A stretch of 64,000 bases of DNA from an uncultured SAR116 cluster alpha proteobacterium (GTDB lineage: Bacteria; Pseudomonadota; Alphaproteobacteria; Puniceispirillales; Marisalimonadaceae). The stretch is from positions 2,979 through 66,978 of the forward strand of contig CACAMV010000001.1 in assembly GCA_902533695.1 (NCBI GenBank). Direction: 5' to 3'. Below the pieces are notes generated by a model, which saw only the letters and a program-made list of their open reading frames with translations, was not told the DNA's origin and did no database searches. Shown in pieces: positions 10,756 to 18,784 of this stretch. Numbering within the stretch: position 1 is the first letter of the stretch; each line of letters opens with the position of its first letter. Position numbers and translations under genes: made by a program.

Positions 10756-11298
10756 ATGAAACTTAATTTAAAACATTTTTTTTTCATTTTAATTGCCTTT
10801 ATTTTGTCTCTATTTGCAATTAACATTTTAGTTAGTAATAACAAAATTGTTAAAACTGTTGAAAATATTACAAATCTTTCCTTAAAAAAAACATTAGGAA
10901 TAAAAATAGAAAGGCAAAATTTTAAAGGAGAAACGTTTATAATAAAAGCAGATGAACTAGAAGAAAATAAAAATAAGAAACAAATTGAATTTAGAAATAG
11001 TGTCACAACACTCAAGGCCAACGATTCAATTACAAAAATTTTTGCTGGTCTTGCCATTATAAAAAATGACTATCAAGATTTTAATTTTTTTAATAAAGTA
11101 GAAATTATTAACTATAAAAAGCAATTTTTTTTAAAAACTGAGGCTTTAAATGGCCAATTCAAAAAAGGAACGATGTTTACAAAAAAAAATGTAAATATAA
11201 AAATTAGGAATACATCTATAAATGGCAAAGGTCTAAAATTGTTAAATCATGGTGAATACATAAAAATTTATGGCAAGGCCAAATTAACAACAGAATAA
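10756..11298 (+). CDS. lptC: LPS export protein LptC (probable)
   Basis: 180 aa with one N-terminal TM anchor (FFFILIAFILSLFAINILV) and a beta-rich body. Sits immediately upstream of lptA-lptB. The call is largely by context. Confidence 0.6.
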   Translation: MKLNLKHFFFILIAFILSLFAINILVSNNKIVKTVENITNLSLKKTLGIKIERQNFKGETFIIKADELEENKNKKQIEFRNSVTTLKANDSITKIFAGLAIIKNDYQDFNFFNKVEIINYKKQFFLKTEALNGQFKKGTMFTKKNVNIKIRNTSINGKGLKLLNHGEYIKIYGKAKLTTE

Positions 11299-11299
11299 A

Positions 11300-12064
11300 A
11301 TGATAAAATATTTTTCATCATTATTTGTAATATTCCTGATCTACATTGCACACCCATTAGCCAAAGAAAATACAAGCGAATCATTAATTGTAGAAGCTGA
11401 CAACTCAATTGAATTTTTTGAAAAACAAAAATATTACCTTGCTACAGGAAATGCAGTAGCAATTAAAAATAATACTACTTTAAAAGCTGACAAAATTAAG
11501 GCTTTTTTTGAAGAGAATGATCAAATACAATTGATACATGGTTTAGGAAAGGTCTCGATTCTAAAAAAAAATATTTTAAGTGAAGGGGAAGATGTTAAAT
11601 ATGATTTAAAAAAACAAACTTTGTTATTTTCCGGAAAATTCCAATCATTTAAAACACCTAAAATATATATTGAGAGTAACAAGTTATTATCTTACGATAA
11701 TATAAAGAAAATTGCTTTTGCAAAAGGTAATGTCAAAATAATATTTAATAATAATGATAAAATTTTTGCAAACCAAATAACTGCAAAATTTGATGAATCA
11801 GATGATTCTCTTTTAGAAGCAGTAGCCAAGGGAAACATTGAAATTATTACTAATTCCGGTAACAAGTCATTTGCAAATTACGCAAAATTTAATAAAAAAA
11901 CAAGTTTAGTTGAACTAATTGGTGATGTTAAAGTTTTACAAAATAATTCTTCAATATCAGGTGAAAAAGGTGTAACCAATTTGAAAACAGGTGTAAGTAA
12001 AATCCTTACAAGTAAAACGAATAATAGAGTAAAAGGAAAGTTTTTACCCTATAAAAACAAATAA
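11300..12064 (+). CDS. lptA: LPS transport periplasmic protein LptA (OstA-like)
   Basis: 254 aa. Signal peptide followed by an OstA_N-like pattern (EADNSIEF...ATGNAVAIKNNTTLKADKIKAFF). Sits between lptC and lptB. Confidence 0.75.
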   Translation: MIKYFSSLFVIFLIYIAHPLAKENTSESLIVEADNSIEFFEKQKYYLATGNAVAIKNNTTLKADKIKAFFEENDQIQLIHGLGKVSILKKNILSEGEDVKYDLKKQTLLFSGKFQSFKTPKIYIESNKLLSYDNIKKIAFAKGNVKIIFNNNDKIFANQITAKFDESDDSLLEAVAKGNIEIITNSGNKSFANYAKFNKKTSLVELIGDVKVLQNNSSISGEKGVTNLKTGVSKILTSKTNNRVKGKFLPYKNK

Positions 12065-12081
12065 AATAATGGGAGAAAAAT

Positions 12082-12873
12082 CTGGAGAATTTAAAGGAAC
12101 AAATAGAGAGATTAAAAAGAATACCAAAACAAAACCTTACATCCTATCAAAACAAAGATGAGACTCTTTTAGTTAAAAATATTTTCAAAGCATATAAAGA
12201 AAAAAAGATAGTTAATGATGTATCAATCAAGTTAGAAAGAGGTGAAGTTGTTGGGCTTCTTGGACCAAATGGTGCCGGTAAAACTACTTGCTTTTATATT
12301 ATAGCCGGACTGATTCAAGCTGATAAAGGCGACATTATTTTAAATAATGAAAATATAAATGGTTATCCTATTTTTCAAAGAGCAAGAAAAGGCATTGGTT
12401 ACTTGCCTCAAGAACCATCAATATTTAAAGGAATGACTGTAGAAGATAACTTGTTGTCAATTATTGAAAGTATTGAAAAAGATAATGACAAGAAATTTCA
12501 ACTTTTAGAAGATTTACTGGTTGAATTTAATATTTCTAATATAAGATCATCTTTGGGTATAACTCTCTCTGGTGGAGAACGTCGAAGGGTTGAAATTGCC
12601 AGATCACTCGCATGTAACCCTTCTCATATTCTTTTAGATGAACCTTTTTCTGGAATAGATCCTATAGCTGTCAAAGATCTAAAAAAATTAATAAATTATT
12701 TAAAAAATAAAAATATTGGCATTTTAATTACTGATCATAACGTTAGAGACACTTTAGAAATCGTTGAAAGGGCTTATATTCTTTACAACGGTAATATTTT
12801 AATGTCTGGGCCACCAAATGAAATAATTTCTAACAAAAATGTTAAAGACGTTTATTTAGGAGAAAATTTTTAA
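12082..12873 (+). CDS. lptB: LPS export ABC transporter ATP-binding protein LptB (start codon unresolved)
   Basis: The frame is open from 12070 to the stop at 12871-12873. Hand translation gives ...ETLLVKNIFKAYKEKKIVNDVSIKLERGEVVGLLGPNGAGKTT (Walker A at 12262-12285), then LSGGERRRVEIAR and LLDEPFSGID. The ORF-track start (TTG 12403) is downstream of Walker A. The start listed here is the in-frame CTG at 12082, which is one of several options (see findings). Confidence 0.85.
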   Translation: MENLKEQIERLKRIPKQNLTSYQNKDETLLVKNIFKAYKEKKIVNDVSIKLERGEVVGLLGPNGAGKTTCFYIIAGLIQADKGDIILNNENINGYPIFQRARKGIGYLPQEPSIFKGMTVEDNLLSIIESIEKDNDKKFQLLEDLLVEFNISNIRSSLGITLSGGERRRVEIARSLACNPSHILLDEPFSGIDPIAVKDLKKLINYLKNKNIGILITDHNVRDTLEIVERAYILYNGNILMSGPPNEIISNKNVKDVYLGENF

Positions 12874-12947
12874 ATAATGAAATTAATTTCTTGACAAAAA
12901 AAAACATCGTATATAGGTATATAACGCTCGGGGGTAGATAAGTTTAA

Positions 12948-13415
12948 GTGTTAAATATTTTTGAATTATTTGATAAAGATAGCTTTGTTTTTCTAGATAA
13001 AATATCCAGTAAGAAATTTCTTTTTGAGTTGTTGTCAGATAAAGCTTCGATGGTTTTTGGTTCCAATAGTCGATCAATTTTCAAAGATCTTATTAAGAGA
13101 GAAAAATTAGGATCAACATCGATTGGAAAGGGCATTGCAATACCTCATGTTGTACATGATTCGATTTCTCAACCAAAATGTATTATTACCGTCATTTCTT
13201 CAGGAATTGATTATCAAGGTGTAGATAAAATCCCAGTTGACATAGTTTTTTTTCTATTTTTGCCTACCTCAATCAAATCGAAAGAATTACAAATTTTAGC
13301 TTCTTTATCAAGGCTCGTAAGAAATTTAGAATTAATAAACAAGTTAAGAGGATGCAAAAACCCCGAAAGCGCTTTTGTTATATTTTCTCAATTTTTAGAA
13401 GTCCAAGCCGCATAA
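12948..13415 (+). CDS. ptsN: PTS EIIA-Ntr nitrogen-regulatory protein PtsN
   Basis: 155 aa. EIIA type-2 fold with the phospho-His motif GKGIAIPH. GTG start. Follows lptB, as in other proteobacteria. Confidence 0.85.
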   Translation: MLNIFELFDKDSFVFLDKISSKKFLFELLSDKASMVFGSNSRSIFKDLIKREKLGSTSIGKGIAIPHVVHDSISQPKCIITVISSGIDYQGVDKIPVDIVFFLFLPTSIKSKELQILASLSRLVRNLELINKLRGCKNPESAFVIFSQFLEVQAA

Positions 13416-13423
13416 CAATCAGG

Positions 13424-14407
13424 CTAATTTACTATATTCAACATTTCTTTTTTATCAACAAAATTTAAGATAGAACTTATAGCTTCATTTGCGATGTCAG
13501 CAAAACATTCATCTGTCCAACATAATGCATGTGGAGTAAGAATAGTATTTTCTAACATTAATAATTCGTTGTGATTTTTAATTGGTTCCTCTGACATAAC
13601 ATCAAGACCAGCACCATTAATTATTTTGTTTTGAAGTGCTTCTATCAAATCCTTTTCATTTATTACTGGGCCTCTTGACATATTTATAATATAAGCTGTT
13701 GGTTTCATTCTTTTAAAAAAACCAGAATCTATTAAATTTAAAGTTTCCTGATTTAAGTTACAAAGAACTACAACAAAGTCACTTTTGTCAGCTAATTCGC
13801 TTAATTCTAACTTTTTTGCACCTTTTTCTTGAATTTGAATTTTAGACAAATAAGGATCATAGCAAACTATATCTTTAAAAAAAGGCCTAGACAATCGTAT
13901 AAATTCAGATCCTATATTTCCTGCGCCTATTACTCCTAATACTTTTTGGGTTAAACCTACTCCCATATGATTTGTCCTATCATTCCAATTACCAGATCTT
14001 ACTAAATGATCTTTTTTAAAAATCTTGCCTGACAATGCAAATATCATTGTTAAAGCGGCGACAGCAACTGGTCTTCGTACTGCGTTAGGAGTATTAGTAA
14101 CAACAATATTTTTTTGTTTCATAGCTTTAACATCGACTGAGTCATAACCAACACCAAATCTTGCAATTATCTTTAATTTGCAATCCTCTCTCTGAATAGA
14201 TTTAAAGTTAGCTAATGGTAAGTTTAACAAAATACCATCATAATTTGCAGTCATATCTTGAGTTAATTCTTTTATAGATGGATCCATCCACTCGAAATCT
14301 ATATCAGATCTGATTTTAAAATTTTCAAGAGGTTTTAAACCAAAACATGGTATACCATCCGAATTAATTAAATCTCCAGAAATCCCCACTTTAAATTTCA
14401 TAATCAA
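13424..14407 (-). CDS. D-isomer-specific 2-hydroxyacid dehydrogenase family protein
   Basis: 327 aa. NAD fold GVIGAGNIGSEF, catalytic region MSRGPVINE...LDV...EP...TPHALCWT. Confidence 0.85.
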   Translation of the reverse strand: MIMKFKVGISGDLINSDGIPCFGLKPLENFKIRSDIDFEWMDPSIKELTQDMTANYDGILLNLPLANFKSIQREDCKLKIIARFGVGYDSVDVKAMKQKNIVVTNTPNAVRRPVAVAALTMIFALSGKIFKKDHLVRSGNWNDRTNHMGVGLTQKVLGVIGAGNIGSEFIRLSRPFFKDIVCYDPYLSKIQIQEKGAKKLELSELADKSDFVVVLCNLNQETLNLIDSGFFKRMKPTAYIINMSRGPVINEKDLIEALQNKIINGAGLDVMSEEPIKNHNELLMLENTILTPHALCWTDECFADIANEAISSILNFVDKKEMLNIVN

Positions 14408-14416
14408 AACTCCAGT

Positions 14417-15172
14417 TTAAAAAATTAATTTTTTGATTGACTGAGATAAAAAATGCATCTCAGTCCCTACAGCAATGATATTAAAACCGAGTTTTTCATA
14501 AAACCCCAAGTCTTTTTCATTACTTACCATGATTCCAAGCGATTTTTTGTTAGACTTAGCTGCAGCAACAATTCTATCTATGGCATCTAAATACATTTTT
14601 GAATTAAAATCACCAGGTATACCTAAAAAATTTGTCAAATCGTAATGGCCTACCCACAAACAATCTACAGATTGATTTTCTGCAATTTTTTCAACATTTT
14701 CTAATCCGCTTTTTGATTCAATTTGAATTATGTTTACCAGATTTTTGTTTGCTGCCTTCATAATCTCATTAGGGTTTTGATTCTGATAATCATTGTGTGC
14801 AAAACCAAATCCAGCTCCTCTTTTTCCAATAGGAGGATATTTTGAATAATTTTCAATTAATACTGCATCATCATGATTATTAACCATTGGTATCATAATT
14901 CCATAACTTCCAAGATCTAATGATCTTGCAATATAATTGTAACTTAATTCTGGTATTCTTATCAAAGGATAAATGTTTGCACCCCTTGAAATTATAGCTA
15001 ATTTTTTAAACTGTTCTAAAGATAAACCACCATGTTCCATATCGAAAATAACAAATTCACATCCAGCATTTTTTAAAATCAAAGGTATACCAGGTGTAAA
15101 AAATTCAAAAATCATTGCGCCCCTTACTTTTTCAACATTTTTAAATTTTATTTTTAAATCTTCTCTTATCAT
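14417..15172 (-). CDS. HpcH/HpaI family class II (pyruvate) aldolase
   Basis: 251 aa. Family pattern FDMEHGG, LIRIP, PPIGKRG, IQIES, VGHYDL. Confidence 0.85.
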   Translation of the reverse strand: MIREDLKIKFKNVEKVRGAMIFEFFTPGIPLILKNAGCEFVIFDMEHGGLSLEQFKKLAIISRGANIYPLIRIPELSYNYIARSLDLGSYGIMIPMVNNHDDAVLIENYSKYPPIGKRGAGFGFAHNDYQNQNPNEIMKAANKNLVNIIQIESKSGLENVEKIAENQSVDCLWVGHYDLTNFLGIPGDFNSKMYLDAIDRIVAAAKSNKKSLGIMVSNEKDLGFYEKLGFNIIAVGTEMHFLSQSIKKLIF

Positions 15173-15196
15173 TTTTTTCTCCTCATCAAAAAAGTA

Positions 15197-16141
15197 TTAA
15201 TAACCTAAATTTAAATTAATTTTGTTCATAGGAATTTTTTTCATATGTATTGATTTGATTGCTTCTGACACTTGTTTTGCGCACGTTTCTGAGTTAGTTT
15301 CTGCCGAAACATGGGGCCAAACCACTACGTTCTTTTTATCCCAAAAAGCATGCTCTTTGTTTAAAGGTTCTCTTGAAAAAACATCCAATATTGCCAAGTT
15401 TATCTTTGTTTTACAATATTCTAGAAGATCATTTTCTACAACGTGATCACCTCTTCCAGCATTAATAAAACAAACTCCGGTTTTCATTCGAGAAAAAAAA
15501 GATTTATCAAAAATATGTTTTGTTGCTTTTGTCAATGGTAACAAACAAACATGTATATCAGAATTCGCGTTGATATAACGGAAACCGTCAATGTTGGAAA
15601 AACTTTCAAAAGTTAGGTTTTCTTTCTTATTTTTGCTCCAACCAAATACTTCAAACCCTAAATTGACTAGATCATTGGCTACTACTTTACCAATCTCTCC
15701 TATGCCATAAATACCTATTTTAATTGATTTAAAATCAATTAATTTTCTTGGTTTATAAATTTTCTTTTTTTGTTGTAATCTATAACCATCATAATCTCTA
15801 ATGTAATTTAAAATGGATAAAATCACCCAGTGACTCATTGACTTTGCCATATAAGGATCAACTATCCTGTAAACAGAGATTGATTTGGGAAATTTTTCAT
15901 AATTAATTATATGATCAACACCTTGGCCTAATGAAATTATTGATGATAATTTTTTTAACTCTAGAAGCCTATCTATTGAAGGTTTCCATAGCAAAGCAAT
16001 AGAACAATCTTTTGCACTTTTTGACTCCAACGGCACTAATTTAATATTTTTGTTCCATTTATTTAAATTTTTTTCCCATTTAATGATGTCATCTTTTTCT
16101 GAACCTTTGTTGAAAAAAGCTACCAAATCATTATTAGACAC
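15197..16141 (-). CDS. glyoxylate/hydroxypyruvate reductase A-like 2-hydroxyacid dehydrogenase
   Basis: 314 aa, colinear with GhrA-type enzymes: IGIYGIGEIGKVVA, NAGRGDHVVENDL, LDVFSREPL, WPHVSAET, C-terminal ...LGY. Confidence 0.8.
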   Translation of the reverse strand: MSNNDLVAFFNKGSEKDDIIKWEKNLNKWNKNIKLVPLESKSAKDCSIALLWKPSIDRLLELKKLSSIISLGQGVDHIINYEKFPKSISVYRIVDPYMAKSMSHWVILSILNYIRDYDGYRLQQKKKIYKPRKLIDFKSIKIGIYGIGEIGKVVANDLVNLGFEVFGWSKNKKENLTFESFSNIDGFRYINANSDIHVCLLPLTKATKHIFDKSFFSRMKTGVCFINAGRGDHVVENDLLEYCKTKINLAILDVFSREPLNKEHAFWDKKNVVVWPHVSAETNSETCAKQVSEAIKSIHMKKIPMNKINLNLGY

Positions 16142-16274
16142 AAATCAACTCCAAAACGAATAAGTAATATAACCTTTTAAAAAAAAAAAATTTCAATTAC
16201 AAATTAAATTTTCTTGAAATAAAATCAAAATTTTTAATAATTAATCTAAGTTTCTTTTTAGAAAGTTTACTATA

Positions 16275-16820
16275 ATGGGAAAATTTTGTCCAACTTGGGT
16301 ATTTGATTGTATCGTAGCACAATGTTCTATAGATTTTATTGAATTGGGTCATGGTCTAGAGCTGATTTGCAAAAAATACTCTGATGGTCTTAAAAATATG
16401 TACGATGATATGTATGCAAAAGAGTTACAGGAAAACACTAAACTTTTTCTTAAATTATTAAGTGATTATGAAATTAATGAAAACTCTATTGAATTTCTTC
16501 AAAATTTTTCTTTTTACAGATTCAACTATACAAATAGATATTTAAAAAGAAATTTTAAGAGTATTTTTTCTAATCCTTTTGTCTCTAATAAAAAAAGAAT
16601 ATCAGAAGATGATGACAGTTTAACTTATTTGCAATCATTTTTATTTGAATGGAGATCAACAGCAAACCTTAAAGCCAAACCCGGTTGGTCTATAGCAACA
16701 CAATCAGATTTTCCAGAGCTTTCTAGTTTAGCAAACAAACCACTTTCTGAGCAAGAAAGAAAAATTCTTTTAAGAGAAGCGAGAAAAAATGAGTTTCAAG
16801 AAACTTGGATAAAAAAATAA
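16275..16820 (+). CDS. hypothetical protein (no recognisable family)
   Basis: 181-aa ORF that fills the space between a 133-bp spacer and tRNA-Ala. No competing ORF on the other strand. N-terminus is Cys-rich (C5, C12, C17, C32). No TM segment or signal peptide. Confidence 0.5.
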   Translation: MGKFCPTWVFDCIVAQCSIDFIELGHGLELICKKYSDGLKNMYDDMYAKELQENTKLFLKLLSDYEINENSIEFLQNFSFYRFNYTNRYLKRNFKSIFSNPFVSNKKRISEDDDSLTYLQSFLFEWRSTANLKAKPGWSIATQSDFPELSSLANKPLSEQERKILLREARKNEFQETWIKK

Positions 16821-16822
16821 TT

Positions 16823-16898
16823 TGGTGGAGCTAAGCGGGTTCGAACCGCTGACCTCTACACTGCCAGTGTAGCGCTCTCCCAACTGAGCTATAGCCCC
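16823..16898 (-). tRNA. tRNA-Ala (anticodon GGC)
   Basis: The reverse complement GGGGCUAUAGCUCAGUUGGGAGAGCGCUACACUGGCAGUGUAGAGGUCAGCGGUUCGAACCCGCUUAGCUCCACCA folds as a cloverleaf. It has the G3:U70 Ala identity pair, anticodon loop CUGGCAG and an encoded CCA. Confidence 0.93.
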
Positions 16899-16901
16899 AT
16901 T

Positions 16902-17327
16902 TCAATTATTATTCTTATCATCATCTTCTATTTCAACAGAAATTTCTTCTCCATTAATATCTTCTTCTAAAAAAGGTATCTCATTACCATCTTCAACTTC
17001 AATTCCTTCATCTATTTCTTCTTCAATTACTGCATTTGATTCGGATTCAATTTCATTGTCCAAATCTTCATCTATATCTATGATTTCCTCTTCAGCTATT
17101 ACATTTTCTTTGTTTTTTTCTTCTGAATCTTTTGAAGTCATTTTTACATTTTCATTAACTTCTTCTAACTTGCTTGAAAACCCTCTCCCTTTTCTACTTT
17201 TTAATAAAAGATCGGGATCAAACTTAAAATTACAATTGGGACAAATAATGGGTGTTTTATTAAAATCATAATATTTTGTTCCACATGAAGGACAAATTCT
17301 TTTAACACCCCATTCTGGTTTAGACAT
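16902..17327 (-). CDS. zinc-ribbon protein with acidic tail (FYDLN-acid / TIGR02300-like)
   Basis: 141 aa. CPSCGTKYYDFNK...CPNC C4 ribbon, then a strongly acidic E/D/I-rich C-terminal half. Confidence 0.8.
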   Translation of the reverse strand: MSKPEWGVKRICPSCGTKYYDFNKTPIICPNCNFKFDPDLLLKSRKGRGFSSKLEEVNENVKMTSKDSEEKNKENVIAEEEIIDIDEDLDNEIESESNAVIEEEIDEGIEVEDGNEIPFLEEDINGEEISVEIEDDDKNNN

Positions 17328-17448
17328 ATAATTTTCTCCAATTAATTATTTATCATTAGGGTAATAGCCTTAAATTTCATTTTATGTCAAAATATTTTTG
17401 ATTTTTGTTGTGTATGGTTATACAAATTATACAAATGTAATCTAAAAA

Positions 17449-18777
17449 ATGTATATAAAATCAGAAAAATCTTCAAATTTAAATGGGGAAATAAATGTCC
17501 CAGGTGACAAATCAATTTCTCATCGCTCTTTAATATTAGCCTCGTGCGCAATTGGAACTAGTAAAATTAATAATTTACTTGAAAGTGAAGATGTTTTTTC
17601 AACTTTATATGCTTTAAAAAACTTGGGTGTTGAAATCAAAAAACTTGACAATACTTGGCTTGTATATGGATTAGGTCTGGGCTCATTTTCTGTTGTTAAT
17701 CCAACATTAAACCTTGGCAACTCTGGAACAGGTGCCAGATTGCTTATGGGTGTCATAGCGGGATGTGATTTAGAAGCAACCTTAATTGGCGACAACTCTT
17801 TATCATCCAGACCCATGAAGCGAGTTATTGATCCTTTAATCAAAACTGGCGCACAAATAGAATCGAATAATGACAAATTACCTATCAAAATAAAAGGTTC
17901 AAAGATTCCTTTGCCAAATAATTACATCTCAAGATTATCTTCTGCTCAAGTTAAATCCGCAGTTTTATTAGCTGGTTTAACTTCAACAGGTGTAACCAAG
18001 TATCGAGAACCACTTTTATCAAGGGATCATACAGAACGAATGCTTGGTATTATGGGAGCTAACATAAAAACCATACAAATGCCTGATAAAACTTGGGAAA
18101 TTACTCTTAAGGGGTTGCCAAAATTAAAAAATGTAAATTTTAATATACCGAATGATCCATCTAGCGCAGCATTCCCCATAGTTGCTGGATTAATTATCCC
18201 AAATAGTAATTTAATGATAAAAAATGTATTAATGAGTCAATTAAGAACAGGTTTAATCAAAACCCTTATTGAAATGGGTGCTAAAATTAAAATTATAAAT
18301 AAAAATCAGATGAATGGCGAAGAAATAGCTAATGTAATAGTTAAATCCAGTCAATTACATGGAATAGAGGTTCCAGCTGAAAGAGCTCCTTCTATGATAG
18401 ATGAGTATCCAATTTTGTCTATTGCAGCTTCTTTTGCTAGAGGCAAAACTATAATGAATGGTGTAGCGGAACTGAAATATAAAGAGACTGATAGGATAAA
18501 GGAAACCATTCAAAATCTAAATAAACTTAATATTAAGGCAAATGCTACAAACAACAAAATGATCGTTCAAGGAGTTGAAAGTGATTTAATTAAAGGTGGA
18601 ATTGAAATAGATTCTAAACTAGATCATAGAATTGCAATGTCATTTTCTTGTCTGGGTTTAAAATGTGAAAAGCCAATTATAGTGAGAAATGCCGAAACAA
18701 TTAATTCATCCTTTCCAAACTTTTGTCGTTCTATGAAAAAAATTGGGGCTAATATAAATCAACATCTTGAAAATTAG
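17449..18777 (+). CDS. aroA: 3-phosphoshikimate 1-carboxyvinyltransferase (EPSP synthase)
   Basis: 442 aa. EPSPS motifs KSISHR, LGNSGTGARLL, and DHRIAMSF near the C-terminus. Confidence 0.95.
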   Translation: MYIKSEKSSNLNGEINVPGDKSISHRSLILASCAIGTSKINNLLESEDVFSTLYALKNLGVEIKKLDNTWLVYGLGLGSFSVVNPTLNLGNSGTGARLLMGVIAGCDLEATLIGDNSLSSRPMKRVIDPLIKTGAQIESNNDKLPIKIKGSKIPLPNNYISRLSSAQVKSAVLLAGLTSTGVTKYREPLLSRDHTERMLGIMGANIKTIQMPDKTWEITLKGLPKLKNVNFNIPNDPSSAAFPIVAGLIIPNSNLMIKNVLMSQLRTGLIKTLIEMGAKIKIINKNQMNGEEIANVIVKSSQLHGIEVPAERAPSMIDEYPILSIAASFARGKTIMNGVAELKYKETDRIKETIQNLNKLNIKANATNNKMIVQGVESDLIKGGIEIDSKLDHRIAMSFSCLGLKCEKPIIVRNAETINSSFPNFCRSMKKIGANINQHLEN

Positions 18778-18784
18778 GTTTTTT

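Noticed and set aside
10734-11057. 107-aa minus-strand ORF overlapping lptC
   Set aside because: It is antisense to the gene that completes the lptC-lptA-lptB cluster. Its hydrophobic, low-complexity translation is an artefact of AT-rich antisense sequence.
12403-12873. ORF-track version of lptB starting at TTG 12403
   Set aside because: It would remove the Walker A P-loop (12262-12285) and the first beta-strands, which are clearly encoded upstream in the same open frame. The real start must lie upstream.
12891-12925. Sigma-70 promoter for ptsN (TTGACA at 12891-12896)
   Set aside because: The -35 hexamer is perfect, but the candidate -10 hexamers (TATAGG at 15-nt spacing, TATATA at 21-nt spacing) are poorly spaced. 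The site is mentioned under findings but not called as a feature.
12883-13135. Two minus-strand ORFs (63-64 aa) overlapping the ptsN 5' region
   Set aside because: They overlap the motif-supported ptsN gene and have no features of their own.
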